From: Octopus bimaculoides
Lineage: Eukaryota
DNA length: 54,828 nt
Reading direction: 5' to 3'
NCBI RefSeq assembly: GCF_001194135.2
Contig: NC_068982.1
Span: forward strand, 125,709,245-125,764,072
In this document: piece after piece, positions 1-11,757 of the stretch
Layout of the letters: the number at the start of each line of letters is the position of its first letter
Numbering within the stretch: position 1 is the first letter of the stretch
Made by a program: the position numbers and the translations under genes
Notes under the pieces: generated by a model
The model's input: the letters and a program-made list of their open reading frames with translations, nothing else
The model's database searches: none
What the model was told of the DNA's origin: nothing

Positions 1-410
1 ACCAAAGAGGGTGGGGGGGGGGCAGATATGAAGTTGTCTGTCCTAATCCCTTTCATCCTTGTCTTCCAGATCGCCTCTTTCACCATTGCCACTACTACGA
101 GAAAGCAATTCTTGCCTTCATCCGTGAGGAAATCCGGTGAGCTGATTTTTAAAATCGACTCAGCTGATAGCTGTACTCTTCTCTCGTCCGACAACAAGTG
201 TTCTGCATAAACCCACACATCAGAAATATCAGGACACTGGACAATAGCGTGCAGGACGGTCTCCGCGTGCTGCCCTCATCTTGGACAGGCCGACGGCCCA
301 GGCTGGCCGTGTCTGGTGAGTTTATCCCGAACCGGTAAAGCTCTTCTGTAACACTGCCAGGCCAAAGACTTTTGGAAGTTATCCAGTGTCTTCGGCTCGA
401 AGGGCAATAA
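1..410 (-). mobile_element. L1/Tx1-clade LINE, ORF2 C-terminal fragment (degenerate)
   Basis: The minus strand reads DNFQKSLAWQCYRRALPVRDKL, then CPR*GQHAETVLHAIVQC (234-287; CCHC knuckle with the second Cys mutated to a stop), then FLVVVAMVKEAIWKTRMKG. The same motifs recur at about 26730-26880 and 50930-51010. Confidence 0.85.
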
Positions 411-497
411 AGATACATTGCAGCAAAAATCGTTTTAATTTAACTTGTAAAACTTTATGCATATTCGGATTCTGTAAATATATTCCATTTGCATTTT

Positions 498-1001
498 TTA
501 AATATAATACTCCGTTATCTTATCCAGCATGCTACCCCGTGTGTGCTCGCGTTTGCTTTTTGTACTGGTGTTCGTGTAGTGTTTGAATGTGTTGTGCTGC
601 TCGGCAGCGGTTTTTGTAGTTGTGCTTTGTTTGTTTCTGCTTTCTCTTCTCGCGGAGGAGGGATGGCTTGGTGGAGGCATGTCTGTGGAAGACTGTAGCC
701 GCTCAGACGTGTCGTCGGCGGAGGAGGACTTGCTGGAGGCTGTCCGGAGGATGGACGGTGGACTAAGCATGGAGAGGAGGAATTTTTGCCGACGTTGCGG
801 AGTGTCAGGGGAGGGAAGTGGATATTGGGGAGTTTGGAGGGCAGTTTGCCGCTCTCAGTCCTCTGTAAGTGGGCAAAAAGCACCACCTCCCCACCTCTGA
901 TAGATGTGACCGCCTGCTCTCCCGCAGACACCGCGTCCCCGAACTCACCTCCACCACTCCAAACGTCGAACCTCCCGTGAGGCACACGATATCTTTCCAG
1001 A
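498..1001 (-). mobile_element. Probable Tx1 ORF1 C-terminal remnant (degenerate gag-like knuckle plus S/P-rich tail)
   Basis: The minus strand gives DIVCLTGGSTFGVV (frameshift) then RGVCGRAGGHIYQRW at about 893-937, resembling CX2CX4HX4C. After one stop, the same frame continues as the S/P/T-rich ORF 498-770. It lies directly upstream of the ORF2 C-terminal piece, so most of ORF2 is deleted. Confidence 0.5.
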
Positions 1002-1102
1002 TNNNNNNNNNNNNNNNNNNNNNNNNNNNNNNNNNNNNNNNNNNNNNNNNNNNNNNNNNNNNNNNNNNNNNNNNNNNNNNNNNNNNNNNNNNNNNNNNNN
1101 NN

Positions 1103-1148
1103 CATAAAACATAAATGAAAACTGGTGCCCCCGTTTTGAACAAGATCT
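1103..1148. mobile_element. Right arm end of a GGATCT-family foldback MITE (remainder in the N gap)
   Basis: cataaaacataaatgaaaactggtgcccccgttttgaacaagatc is the reverse complement of the left end of the MITE at 52001 and matches its right end at 52620-52647. Confidence 0.75.
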
Positions 1149-1249
1149 TCAATTAGTTTTTAAATGTTTGGGGTGAGCTCATATTTTCAGGGTTACTTTT
1201 TCTTAACTACGTAAATCTCCATATTCATGAACTCTGCTTTGGTCACCAG

Positions 1250-2622
1250 CCAACAGATTTAGTTCACAGTAGGCATTAATACCAGACTGGATTTAAAAAG
1301 ATTTCTCTGAAGATAAGCTTAACAAAATTAAAATGTTTGACTTATTTAGCGTGAACTTGGTTCAAACACGATCTGAAAGTTAACTTAAAATCACTCTCTT
1401 AGTTTCCTACCTTCCATTTTTATTAGTCCTTGTACAAGAAATGTATTCAGTTTCCACTTAGCCTTTCACAATCTGGATTTTGATTCCAAACTCACAAATT
1501 TGTTTTCCATCACTTTTCGGTTATTATAACAAGAGTAACTTTTACAGTTTGGTCGACTGAAAACATTAACTCAGTTGGGAATATAACAAAACTGTTTTAA
1601 TCGATTTTGATCTCGTGCACGCATGCAATTTCAAACTTTATTCACACAACAAATGGGTTATACGATTCTTGATATAACATCAAATAGTCTAAAACGAGAT
1701 TGAGTGCTTGTAGCTTCATTTGGTTAAGAGTAATAAGGACAAAATTTTGGTGTTCAGTTCGGGCTGTTAAAGTTAATAGTGGACGAGAAAATCGTGAATG
1801 TTTGGTCGTATAAGGAACTGGTTGACAAATGAATCGATTAAGCAAGAACGTTTTATGAAGGGTATAAGTAGTTGAGCACAACTCGGTGGATGGCCACTGA
1901 TAATCAAAAGATCATTGTATACACTGAACTCAAGAGTTAACGCTTCAGTTCAGAACTTATGTTGATTCGAAGAAATTATACATCTGTGAAGTAGTTTTGG
2001 CACAGGGAAATGAGGTGGGGGAAGGAAATGGTCTATAATTTCCTTCAGCTAATTTAATCTTTAAGACGTTATTTTTTAAAATATTAATACTTCCTTAAGA
2101 CAATTGAGCTGTAGAGATAGATATTAAGCAGCATACCTACAAAGCTGTAAAAAGAAAATCGCATCGTTAGTATGTAAAAGCAAATGTTCTTTAGTTGCAG
2201 TAAAAGTTTTTAAAGAACGGTAAAAATTATAAATCTGAAATATTGAAAATATTTGAAAAATTATCTCGACATAAGGGTTAAAAAACAAACCATGATGCGA
2301 TTCTCTCCTTAAAAGCATTCACTTTCTCTTACTCTGTGCTTCTCAACCTTTTTCATCGTCTTACTCCCTGAGACTCTCCAGCGTATCATCGTGACACCTA
2401 TAATAAATTTTGTAATTGTCTCGGAACGCAAAGCGCTATGTGAGTCACAGAAGGAGAGAAGCACGTTCTGACACTGCTGGCAGCTGCAATGCAATACTTC
2501 ACATACATGAAATAAATTACGTTCTTCCAAACACTCCGTGACCCCGCTCCCACACACTCAATCCGAGAAACCCCCAAACGACACCCACCCAGGAGTCACG
2601 ACCCATAGGTTAAGAACCGCTG
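1250..2622 (-). mobile_element. hAT (Charlie/Buster-like) DNA transposon remnant
   Basis: A Charlie-type terminus CAGCGGTTCTTAACCTATGGGTCGTGAC ends at 2622 (minus). Degenerate peptides (TLNQMKLQALN, HLLLHT) weakly resemble the hAT VNFIK..ALN..LL.HTEVRW block. Confidence 0.4.
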
Positions 2623-2779
2623 CTCTATAAGAAACTATAAGCAGCAGCAGCTGCAGTTTCCAGACAAATAACATTTATCTCCTCACTGGTGATAAGAGAT
2701 TTTAGTCTGAATAAGGTTTGGTGTGACTGATGCATATGTTAGGAAGGTCTAGGAGTGAATGGTTTTATAATCATAGGAG

Positions 2780-4250
2780 TGTATTCTAATGATTATAAGC
2801 AGATGGTTTATGTACAGAAAAAAAAAGAGTATGAGAAACATTATCGTAACTTGGTGCACCAGAGATTACAGAATATTTCTCAAAGAAGGCTCGTTGACAC
2901 ACGTTACAACAGTACAATATAATAGATAACACTCGACCAATGAGGTGAATTGAAACTACAACGAGCAAGTCAAATATAAAAATTCTCGCTCCAGACACGG
3001 TGGAAAGCTTTGCTCGTCAACTGCTTTAAAATGTTGCTTCCATGAAACTCTTGAAGGTAAGACCGCTGGTGAATGACATTGACAAGGAAGTTTTCAATAA
3101 ATCTGACTCAACGCAAATCCAGCTATTTGTCAATGAGGAATCATAGAGAATAATGAGAATTGCATTATTTGAGTATGCTGCTGGGGTGGATCACCTTGTG
3201 TTGAAGTAGCTTGAGGAGCTTTCGCACATGGGGACTATTGTATGGAGCAGTAACGCGAGATTGAACGAAGGTTTGGCATGCATTTTCGAGTTCGTGCGAA
3301 GTGACAGCCAAATACAAATGCCATTTTATCGTGGTAAATCCCTAGTGGGGTTGTGGGTTTTGATTGTGTAAGAGAAATGAAGAGCCGTGTCTAGAAATAT
3401 GATTTCGGCCAAACGTTCAGCGGCCTCTAATGAGGCGAGGTACAAATGGAATTCCTGATAATTGCCGATATAAAACTAGCAGAATTAGTTGATTCCAAAT
3501 ACCAGACTCAGTCGAATTCTTTGCTAATTTCAAGTGCAATAACATTACTTTTGTTAGGGTGTTGTGCGGTAGTAAGTAGTATGTTGCCACTATAATCAGT
3601 AATTGGACGATCTAATTGTTGCAGAGACAGCAGTCTCGGGGTAAAGACTAGATTTGGGAGGGAGAAGAAAGACAATTCAAATAGTAAACGTTTAGGGATA
3701 GACTAATGCATATCCCAGATCGTTTGCTATTCTGAATTGTACGAGGAATAGGAAACCAAGAGGAGTCCTTACATGAAAGTCCTTAATTCGATTAATTACA
3801 TGAAAGTCCCTACTTTAAATAGTTTATGTTAATTGGAGAAGGTATGGGCCATAGCAGAGTTAGTAAAAGTATTTCGGGAAATAGGTAGAGAGAATATGAG
3901 CACGAGTGACTGAAATGCTGATGGGAGAGATAAATGGTGGGAAAGCGCTACCTTTTAGAGTAAAGTTACAGAAATTAGTGTAACCTGCACAGAAGGGTTA
4001 CACTACAAAGTGTAGACAGGACAGCTAAAGATATAGAAATGTATCTCAAAGATTAAAAGGATGTGTAGTTTGCTTGTTAGAAGGAAGTGATGTGAGTTGT
4101 CAAGTTAGACTGAAAATCTTGGATTCCTGCATAGAGAGGATTGTATTTCGAAGTTGATTTTATTGTATCACTGGTTTATTGTCTCATGAGTTGTCATTTA
4201 CCCCTGTTTTGATCCATGTAAACAGCTGATGGAACTCGTTGGCCGTGGAT
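2780..4250 (-). mobile_element. Highly degenerate CR1/L2-group LINE fragment (endonuclease plus RT pieces)
   Basis: The minus strand at about 3490-3540 reads IALEISKEFD*VW (consensus IALDISKAFDRVW). There is a DFHV-like motif near 3790-3810 and LGI/FHG-like C-terminal motifs, with many stops and frameshifts. Confidence 0.55.
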
Positions 4251-4289
4251 GACCTCTTGATTTTCTCTGGTTGCTGGAGAATCAGTAAC

Positions 4290-6700
4290 GAACTTCAGAA
4301 AAACAGGAAATGCGTAATATTCATTCTCATCCTTTCCTTGTAACATTCGGCAGCAAATTCAATTAGTGCATGTTGGAGATCACCTTCGAATGAGTCAAGT
4401 AGCACCATGTCATCTGCAAATATCAGTCGACCTCTCCTACAATCATTGATTGTGATACCACTTCCACAAAGGCTGTGCATGTCAGTCCAGTTCATAAGAA
4501 TTATGAAAAGGAGAAGTAACAATACACACTCTTGCCAAGGTTCAACCGCTATGTTGAAAGCTTTTGAAATTTACAGACATCTGGGAATTCGTATACGGAT
4601 ATCACGGCAACCAGAAGTTGTCCATTAGTCCTAAACTCCGACAAACCGACCCACAACATGTCCCACGGTTCGCGGTCATGTGCAAAGCAAGTGTACACTA
4701 CTTGGCAATATTCCCACGATTTCTCAAAGACCTGCAGTACAGTGAATATCTGGTTGGTTGTGTTGTGTCCAGAACGGAAGCTACACTATTCTTCATCAAG
4801 CTCGACAATATTCCTATTTCACTTTTCCAGACTCCTAGTGGACTTTACCGGGAGGTTCAACAAAGAGATTCTTCTATAATCAGATCAATCTTACTTGCCT
4901 CCTTTTTAAAAAATTGGGATTATCACCCCAAATTGCCATTACTTTGATTTCTTTCCAGGGGCCCAAGATTCTTATCAGACACGAGTCATCCAGAGTCAGC
5001 CTTCTCTATTCAAGCTTTTAACATCTTAGGCCGAATTTCATCCTCTGCAGTGGTCTTTCTAAATTTGAACTCTTTAATCACCTCTCTGACTTCAGCCTCA
5101 GTGAGGTTAGACTTTACCCCTAGATGTACCTCGTGTCCACCAGAATATTTTTATTATGACCGAATTTAGGGGATGAGCAAAGTACTTTCTCCACCTCCTA
5201 AGGATGCTCTTCTCCGTAGAGAGACCCCAGCCATGTTTCTTAATGGCAGGTGTGGAAGATGGCTTATTTTTACGATGTCCAGCTTCCTAAAGTCCCACTA
5301 TGACTTAGCCTTGGAAGTTTTTAGTGTCCCTGCTTCAACTTTTCATGCTTCAGAGTACCGCCTGCGCAAAAAGAGAGACTTGTTTCCAATCCAAGCTTTG
5401 TAAGCCTTCTTTTTTTTTCCCGGAGGGCATTTTTAACTCCGTAGTTAAACCAGGGTGTTCTTTTGTCACCTGGAGCCACACCGAGCCGCTTTCGTCCACA
5501 GCATTTTACAGCTGAAGAGGAAAACCGTCTACACTCCGTTTCGACATTCTCAGTTTGTTTAGAAAGATCTCTGAATATGGCTGCAATAGTGTCAGCATAT
5601 TTGTTTCTAATCTCATCATCCTCCAGGGCTTCCCACTTTATCCAGCTAGTCACACTGGACTTAGCAGTTTTGTGAATTCTCCCTGCTGTAGATAGTCTCG
5701 GGCTGCAGACAGTTGGGTGATGATCAGTTGATAGCTCCACCCTTCTAGAGACGAACGTCCAGCATAGAATCAGAGACGATAACAAAATCTATTAGTGACC
5801 TCTGCCTCAAGGTACCCCTATACCCGGTGTACTTAAGGATATCCCTGTGTCGGAAGAATGTGTTCATACTGGAGAGCCCATTTCCAGCACAGAAGTCTAA
5901 TAAGGCATCTCCATTTGCATTGAGTTCAGGGTCGCTATTCCCCCCACTCACCCCTTTTCACGTCTGGTGATCGGTGCCAACATATGCATTGAAATGTCCT
6001 TGTTGGACAAATGACTCAGTCTTAACAACATCTAAAGCTGCAGTGACCTCGTCAAGGAGGGATTTGTATTTAACTTCGCTGTTTGGAGTATATATTTGCA
6101 ACAGCCACTGCGGGCCATCGTTTAACCTAAGCTCCAGGAGGCAAGCCCTCACAACCTAGTGGGATCCACTCTATAACAGCCCGTTCTTACAGCCCGTTGC
6201 TGGAGAGTATCCTCACTCCCGCTTATGCAGACATGGTTGGCACCACACCTGAATAGCAAAGTTTTCACCCTCCATCCAAATCTACTGTACCAGAGATACG
6301 GAACCTTGTAGAGCAGACAATGACTATATCTAACCCGTAACATTTGACCTCCTCCACAACTTCTTGTTCTTTACACGTGGGGGTTACGTGACATTCTAGT
6401 TCCCAAGCCTTCTGGACCTACTTCGGGATACCGGAACACGCATTCATTGTGCTTCCACCCCAGACCTCCCAGAACAAGTTGGAGGCTTCTTACTGGTAGT
6501 ACCGGCTTTGGGTGAAGACTGCAATATACTTTTCGTACAGACCCCCTCTACCTAAGATCCGAGAACGTACCTTGTTAATCCGCACGACGGATGAAGCAGT
6601 ATACTTGTTCCCCTGAATCCCTTTCATATTATTGGTTATGGCTGTCTTATTCACGCCAATCACCAACCTGGTATTTACATTTTACTCACAAAATCATTTA
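4290..6700 (-). mobile_element. RTE-clade LINE (Rex3/Expander-like), degenerate and internally deleted
   Basis: APE motifs are IYTPNS, GHFNAYVGTD, LLDFCAGNGLSSMNTFF, RSLIDFVIVS and ELSTDHH. They are followed by KRTPWFN and the RT motif LIFADDMVLL (FADD at 4409-4420). Confidence 0.9.
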
Positions 6701-6810
6701 TGAAGATAAAAAGGTTCGTGGAATGTAAAATACTATATTATCTTAATCTGGAGTATAGAATTCTAGTCGTTAGAAAGGTCAGCAAAGAAATTACAGACAA
6801 ATTACAGTAA

Positions 6811-6975
6811 AAGCGGAGATCTGGCAGAATCGTTAGCATGCCATAGAAAATACTTAGTGGCATTTCGTCTGTTCTGAGTTCAAATTTCGCCGAGATCGAC
6901 TTTGATTTTCATTCTTTTGTGGGTTGATAAAGAAAGTACCAGTCAAGTCCTGGAATCGATGCAATTGACTTCTCT
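6811..6975 (+). mobile_element. SINE family B (tRNA-like head plus Meta/MESC-like core), degenerate
   Basis: It contains gcggagatctggcagaatcgttagc, ttctgagttcaaatttcgccgagatcgactttg and taaagaaagtaccag. About 10 related copies occur in the window. Confidence 0.8.
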
Positions 6976-7216
6976 TTTGTTCTGCCAAAATTTGAAGCCA
7001 TTAAAGAACATAAGTAAAATTAAGCTGAGAATTGAAACTGACTTTGAGGCTTCGCTTGCCAAGAATATATTTCTCTTGTATGGTTCTTGCTAGTTTGGAA
7101 ACTTAACATTTTTTATGATGATTGTAATGACAGTAAGACTTAACCGGGGCGATTAGAAAAAGTGATTCGGTTTCAGTTCTGGTTCAAGGCTGTTTCCCAT
7201 CATTTAATCTATTATT

Positions 7217-7893
7217 AATTTCTTTATTGCCCACAGGGGGCTAAACATAGAGGGGACAAACAAGGACGGACAAAGGGATTAAGTCGATTACATCAACCCC
7301 AGTGCGTAACTGGTACTTAATTTATCGACCCCGAAAGGATGAAAGACAAAGTCTACCTCGGCAGAATTTAAACTCAGAACGTAACGGTAGATGAAATACC
7401 AATTCCTTTATTACCCACAGGAGGCTATACAAATAATGGGTCAAAACAACTGATTGGGGTCAGTAATACGTTATATTACATAAATACGAATATAAAAATT
7501 ATATAAAATATATAAGAATCGAATGAAATACACAATACAAAAATACTCTTAACTTTTGGTAATGCAAGGAATTCACTTTCTGAAACATCAGAAATGTTAT
7601 CAAAAATTAAACTTTCGATCTTCTTCGCTTCCCACTCGGTCGATGAATCTTCACCCGACGAAGACACACTTTTCGGCATCTTGCCGGCAATTAATGTTTT
7701 CCCCCAAAGGGGAAAACCACAAATAGCTTTCGGAAGAAAACTAAAATACAATTTTTAAACAATAAGTCGAACAATAGGTATAACGATATAGCAATTAACA
7801 GAAACTTTCTTCACGAACACACTCCAACAATAAAGTTTCAAATGCAGTCGAAATACCGCCCGGCGTGCTAACATTTCTGCCAGCTCGCCGCCT
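7217..7893 (-). mobile_element. Full-length SINE B with a Tx1-type 3' tail, interrupted by a nested insertion
   Basis: The head ggcggcgagctggcagaaatgttagc starts at 7893 and the tail gtcccctctatgtttagccccctgtgggcaataaagaaatt ends at 7217. It is flanked by a perfect 17-bp TSD TCATTTAATCTATTATT (7200-7216 and 7894-7910). Confidence 0.9.
7401..7844 (-). mobile_element. 444-bp non-autonomous Tx1 derivative (5'UTR plus ORF1-like start plus 3'UTR) inserted in the SINE B head
   Basis: Its 3' end ctgaccccaatcagttg..tagcctcctgtgggtaataaaggaatt matches the 3'UTR of the Tx1 piece at 51560-51625. Its 5' part shares colinear motifs with 50514-50660. An imperfect 13-bp TSD lies at 7388-7400 and 7845-7857. 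Confidence 0.7.
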
Positions 7894-8734
7894 TCATTTA
7901 ATCTATTATTGTTCTTTCAAAATGTATAAAACTTACAATCTCTGCCACTGTTATATAAGCAACTGTATCAAGTGAAAAGAAACATTTTAAGAAATAAAAC
8001 ATATTCCTGATAAGATTTGTATAGCGGGATCAGCAAACATATCTCAGTTTTCTGTCCTGGTTATTTCACATGACGTTCGTCACAACACTGCATTTCCTGT
8101 ACCGTCCCTTCACTATAAACAAAGTATTTAATATAAGGATTCTTTGTTCTACAACTTAGCCTTAAATGATCTTTTGATGACTTCCTATAGACATAGGGTC
8201 TGTTTTAATTTAATTCTGTATTTTATTTTAAATTTGAAAAGAATGAAAATTTGCTAGTTTGGGTTATCACTTTAAAATCCTTTTTTAGTGAATCGCAGGA
8301 GGACTTATACTGAGCTTTTTAATTTTTTTTTATTTGGAAGGATTCAAAATTGTTACTTTTGACGTTTTAAAGTAAACGTAACATTAATTTTAAGCACTTA
8401 GAACTTTAAACAGCAACTACTGTGGAATGCGAACTAATGACACACAATTTACAAATTTGGAGCCTTTATGCTCTTAGCCATTTTGTCTCTTCAGCAAATA
8501 ATAATTAGCGAATTGTCATTTTATAATACTAATCGGTTCGAGTCTTTGCTGGCTCGAACCAACCATCAATAACTATAGAAAGATAATTCATATCACCAAT
8601 TATCAAAAGTTATTGAAAAACATAACTCATTTGCATAACAAGAGAAAATATTGCTACCAATATGCTTAAAAGATTTTTAAAAAAAAAAGGAATTTATAGA
8701 AGAGTTACAGTTTAAAGAAAACAAAGCAGGCGTC

Positions 8735-9472
8735 ATGTCGATGGGATCGTGTTCTGCGAAATGTACATTAATTCTGTTGAACGCATTCTTTCTAGTTGTT
8801 TCGTTGGTGCTTATTGCTGTTGGATCTGTCATGCAAGTATCCTTTCATGCGTATGCACAAGTTTTCCGTGATAGCGTAAGTGTACCAGCAGTACTAATAA
8901 TTTCCCTCGGCCTCTTAATATGTATGACTTCGATTTTTGGCCTAGTGATCGTTGTAAGAGAAAGATACATTTTATTATCAGTATATTCTTGCGTACTTGT
9001 CATTCTTGTTATTGCTGAAACTTTTATTGGACTCGTTGGCCTTACCTTAAAGTCTTATGTGCGCCAAATTGTGGTGCATACAATGCAAGTGGCTGAGAGG
9101 AAATATAACGAGAGCATTTCTGCGGCTTACACTTGGAATACTATACAGAACAACTTGCACTGCTGCGGTATTTTGAACTACACTGAGTGGTCGACTTATT
9201 TGAACAATTCTGTACCAGATTCTTGTTGCATCTCTTATAAATATAACTGTGGTATTAATGCTGTTGAGGCCAACAACGTTCACGCGACAGGCTGTGCTAA
9301 AGCTTTGTTTCACTGGCTCTATGAACACCAAATTGTCATCGGCGTACTTTGTGCTGCTTTTGTCTTGCTAAAGATTTTGACGCTTATGTTAGCGCGTTGT
9401 TACGGCAGATATCTCGTGGAATTTACAGATCAACCCAGTCTGAATCCTTTCAAAACTTCTATATGGCGGTAG
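8735..9472 (+). CDS. Tetraspanin (CD63/Tspan-like), single coding exon, 245 aa
   Basis: It has four hydrophobic segments and a large extracellular loop with NLHCCG, VPDSCC, NCG and TGC (6 Cys). N-glycosylation sequons are NES, NYT and NNS, and polar N and E are present in TM1 and TM3. The ORF is intact from ATG to TAG. AATAAA at 9574 is followed by an A15 tract at 9585-9599. Confidence 0.95.
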   Translation: MSMGSCSAKCTLILLNAFFLVVSLVLIAVGSVMQVSFHAYAQVFRDSVSVPAVLIISLGLLICMTSIFGLVIVVRERYILLSVYSCVLVILVIAETFIGLVGLTLKSYVRQIVVHTMQVAERKYNESISAAYTWNTIQNNLHCCGILNYTEWSTYLNNSVPDSCCISYKYNCGINAVEANNVHATGCAKALFHWLYEHQIVIGVLCAAFVLLKILTLMLARCYGRYLVEFTDQPSLNPFKTSIWR

Positions 9473-11757
9473 CAACAAACCGTAGCTACTAAAAATGTCT
9501 CTGAAGAAACTAAATTTTCAACAAAATTGTGACTATAAGTTATTGGACTGTTAGTTTTGGCTTATTTGCTTAGAATAAAATTTTAAAAAAAAAAAAAAAC
9601 CAGTTGTAAGCAACGTATTCAAATCTGGTTGTACCGTGGAAATTTTGTTCGAGTCTATTATAGCGTTCTCAAAATCATTTTTTTTTTTTTTCCAATGCTT
9701 TCAGAAAAAACTTCTCTTCGCTATAGACTCTATTTGTGGTTCCTAATTTTATGCCATAGAAGTAATACAGAATCAATGAAACTTTAATTGCCTAAATTTT
9801 TGATACTTTTTTCCAAAAGTGGAACGAATCGATGCTTCTTAAAAGCAAATTTCAATCTTCAATGACTTGTGAAAGGAACTTTTATATTATCTGAAGTGCA
9901 CACGACCTCCCCGGAGTTGCTTTACACTGAGTTTTCTTCGCGTTCTAACAATCTCATTTCAGGCGAACAAAAGCTTTATTTACATAAATAAATGGTTATT
10001 TCTGGAATGCCTCTAACTTCATATCACTTGTAATTTGTCTTATCTTAACAAGATTATTTCCAGTGTAATTCTGAATTATTGCATGTTATCCTACACCAAC
10101 TTCTAAATTTTGACTTGATTAGATAGTTCTATTCTGACATTAGCACTTTAAGAAGTAACCAATTGACTGAATCGGCAATGTAATGAATTTTTAATTTTAT
10201 CAGCCAAATCTTGATTTTCAGGATTTTGTTTAGTGAGTGCTAATATTATATGCAAAGACTACATCTCAAAAATGGTCCTCTTCAGAAACTTTCTGACTAC
10301 ATCTCACCATCTTCGGGACTTCTACAATAAAGTATTGCTACCAAATCTAGAACGGTACTGTTGCTACACAACTTGTACAGCGTCCAGGGAAAGTCGCTTA
10401 AATTTGCATGACACGAACGCTTCAGTCCTTGGTTTACATCTTCTGTCGCTTTCTCGCTTTTTCTATTAAAAAAAAAACTATCTGCATTTTGTAGCTGGCT
10501 CCTTTCCATTCCTCCTTCCATCGGGTACTTTCCTCTTCCTCCCATCACCTATGTTGAGTCCAATACTCCAGGCCATGTAGCAACCACAACATTTAGTTAA
10601 TCTCAGAATGTCGGTTTTCAGGAACTCTCTCCATACATGTGTTTCTCGCCGTTGTTGGCTTGCAGCGATTTCGATGAAAAGTTAACGACCTTGAAAGACC
10701 CGCGGAAAGCCTTCAGCATAGTCACTGCTTCCAGCGCACATATGCAGTAAAAAAGCTCGCTAGTATATAAACCCTGATTCGACAAAGGGTTACATTTTGT
10801 TAAAATGTCAACTGCATAAAAATACATTGAAATTAAACTGTTAACGGACAGATTTTTCCTGATACGTAGCAAATAAAGGTATTAGCGGGCATAACATTCC
10901 TTAATTTTTGTAATCTAGAATTGCACAATCATTGAATAGGTACTAAAAACCTCTCCTCGTCTCACAAATCAAACGGTACTGCATATTTTCAATGCAGGCC
11001 TACCATCCAGTATTCGAACGTATTTCCATTATTGTACTTGAAACTTTATTTTCTATTTTATAAAATGCAAATCGTAACCTTGGTCAAATCCTGTCTACTC
11101 TAATAAAAACATAAGCTAGACACTTCTGGCCTTTTCTTTTGCATCACTGCATTTCTCCCCCCCCCCTTTAAGTACAGGCAAATATCGTGTGACAGCAATT
11201 TCCTGACTCGTATTTGCGCAGATATTGATTATGTAGGATTAGTTGAACATTGTATTTGAAATGTCAGACAGTGCAAGGTGTTTCGATGTCTTCCTATTCC
11301 CCTTCTCTGCAAAGGTTTATTTGCGCAGCAAAATGTGAGTTTATAGAACGTTTATGTGGAGATAAATTAAAACGGCTTTGATTGCCTGTACCCAGAGATT
11401 CTCAACATTGCGTACGAAAGTATTTTACTGGTCAATAAACCTGCTTTTCATAGTCACCTGCTAAGAGATATTTTCCAGGATAAGAATGTAGTTAGTCGTC
11501 CCAGTTATAGAAAACGGTAATTTTATATATATATATTTTTTTTTTTCTAGTATTGGTATCTGACCATAATTTGGGGTGGGGTTACAATTTATTAAATTAC
11601 TCTCGTCGTGTTTCACTAGTACTTTTATCGACTCCGGAAGGTAATAAACTAAGTCGAACTATTGTCTTGCATAACTTGATGGATTAATACAGCTTAATGC
11701 TAACTGTCTCGATACAAAACCTTGCATAATTAAGGCTAATGTAGAATCTCCTTTACA

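Noticed and set aside
28-210. Plus-strand 60-aa ORF with a signal-peptide-like N-terminus
   Set aside because: It is the antisense shadow of the Tx1 ORF2 C-terminus, and the same shadow ORF appears at 50875-51069.
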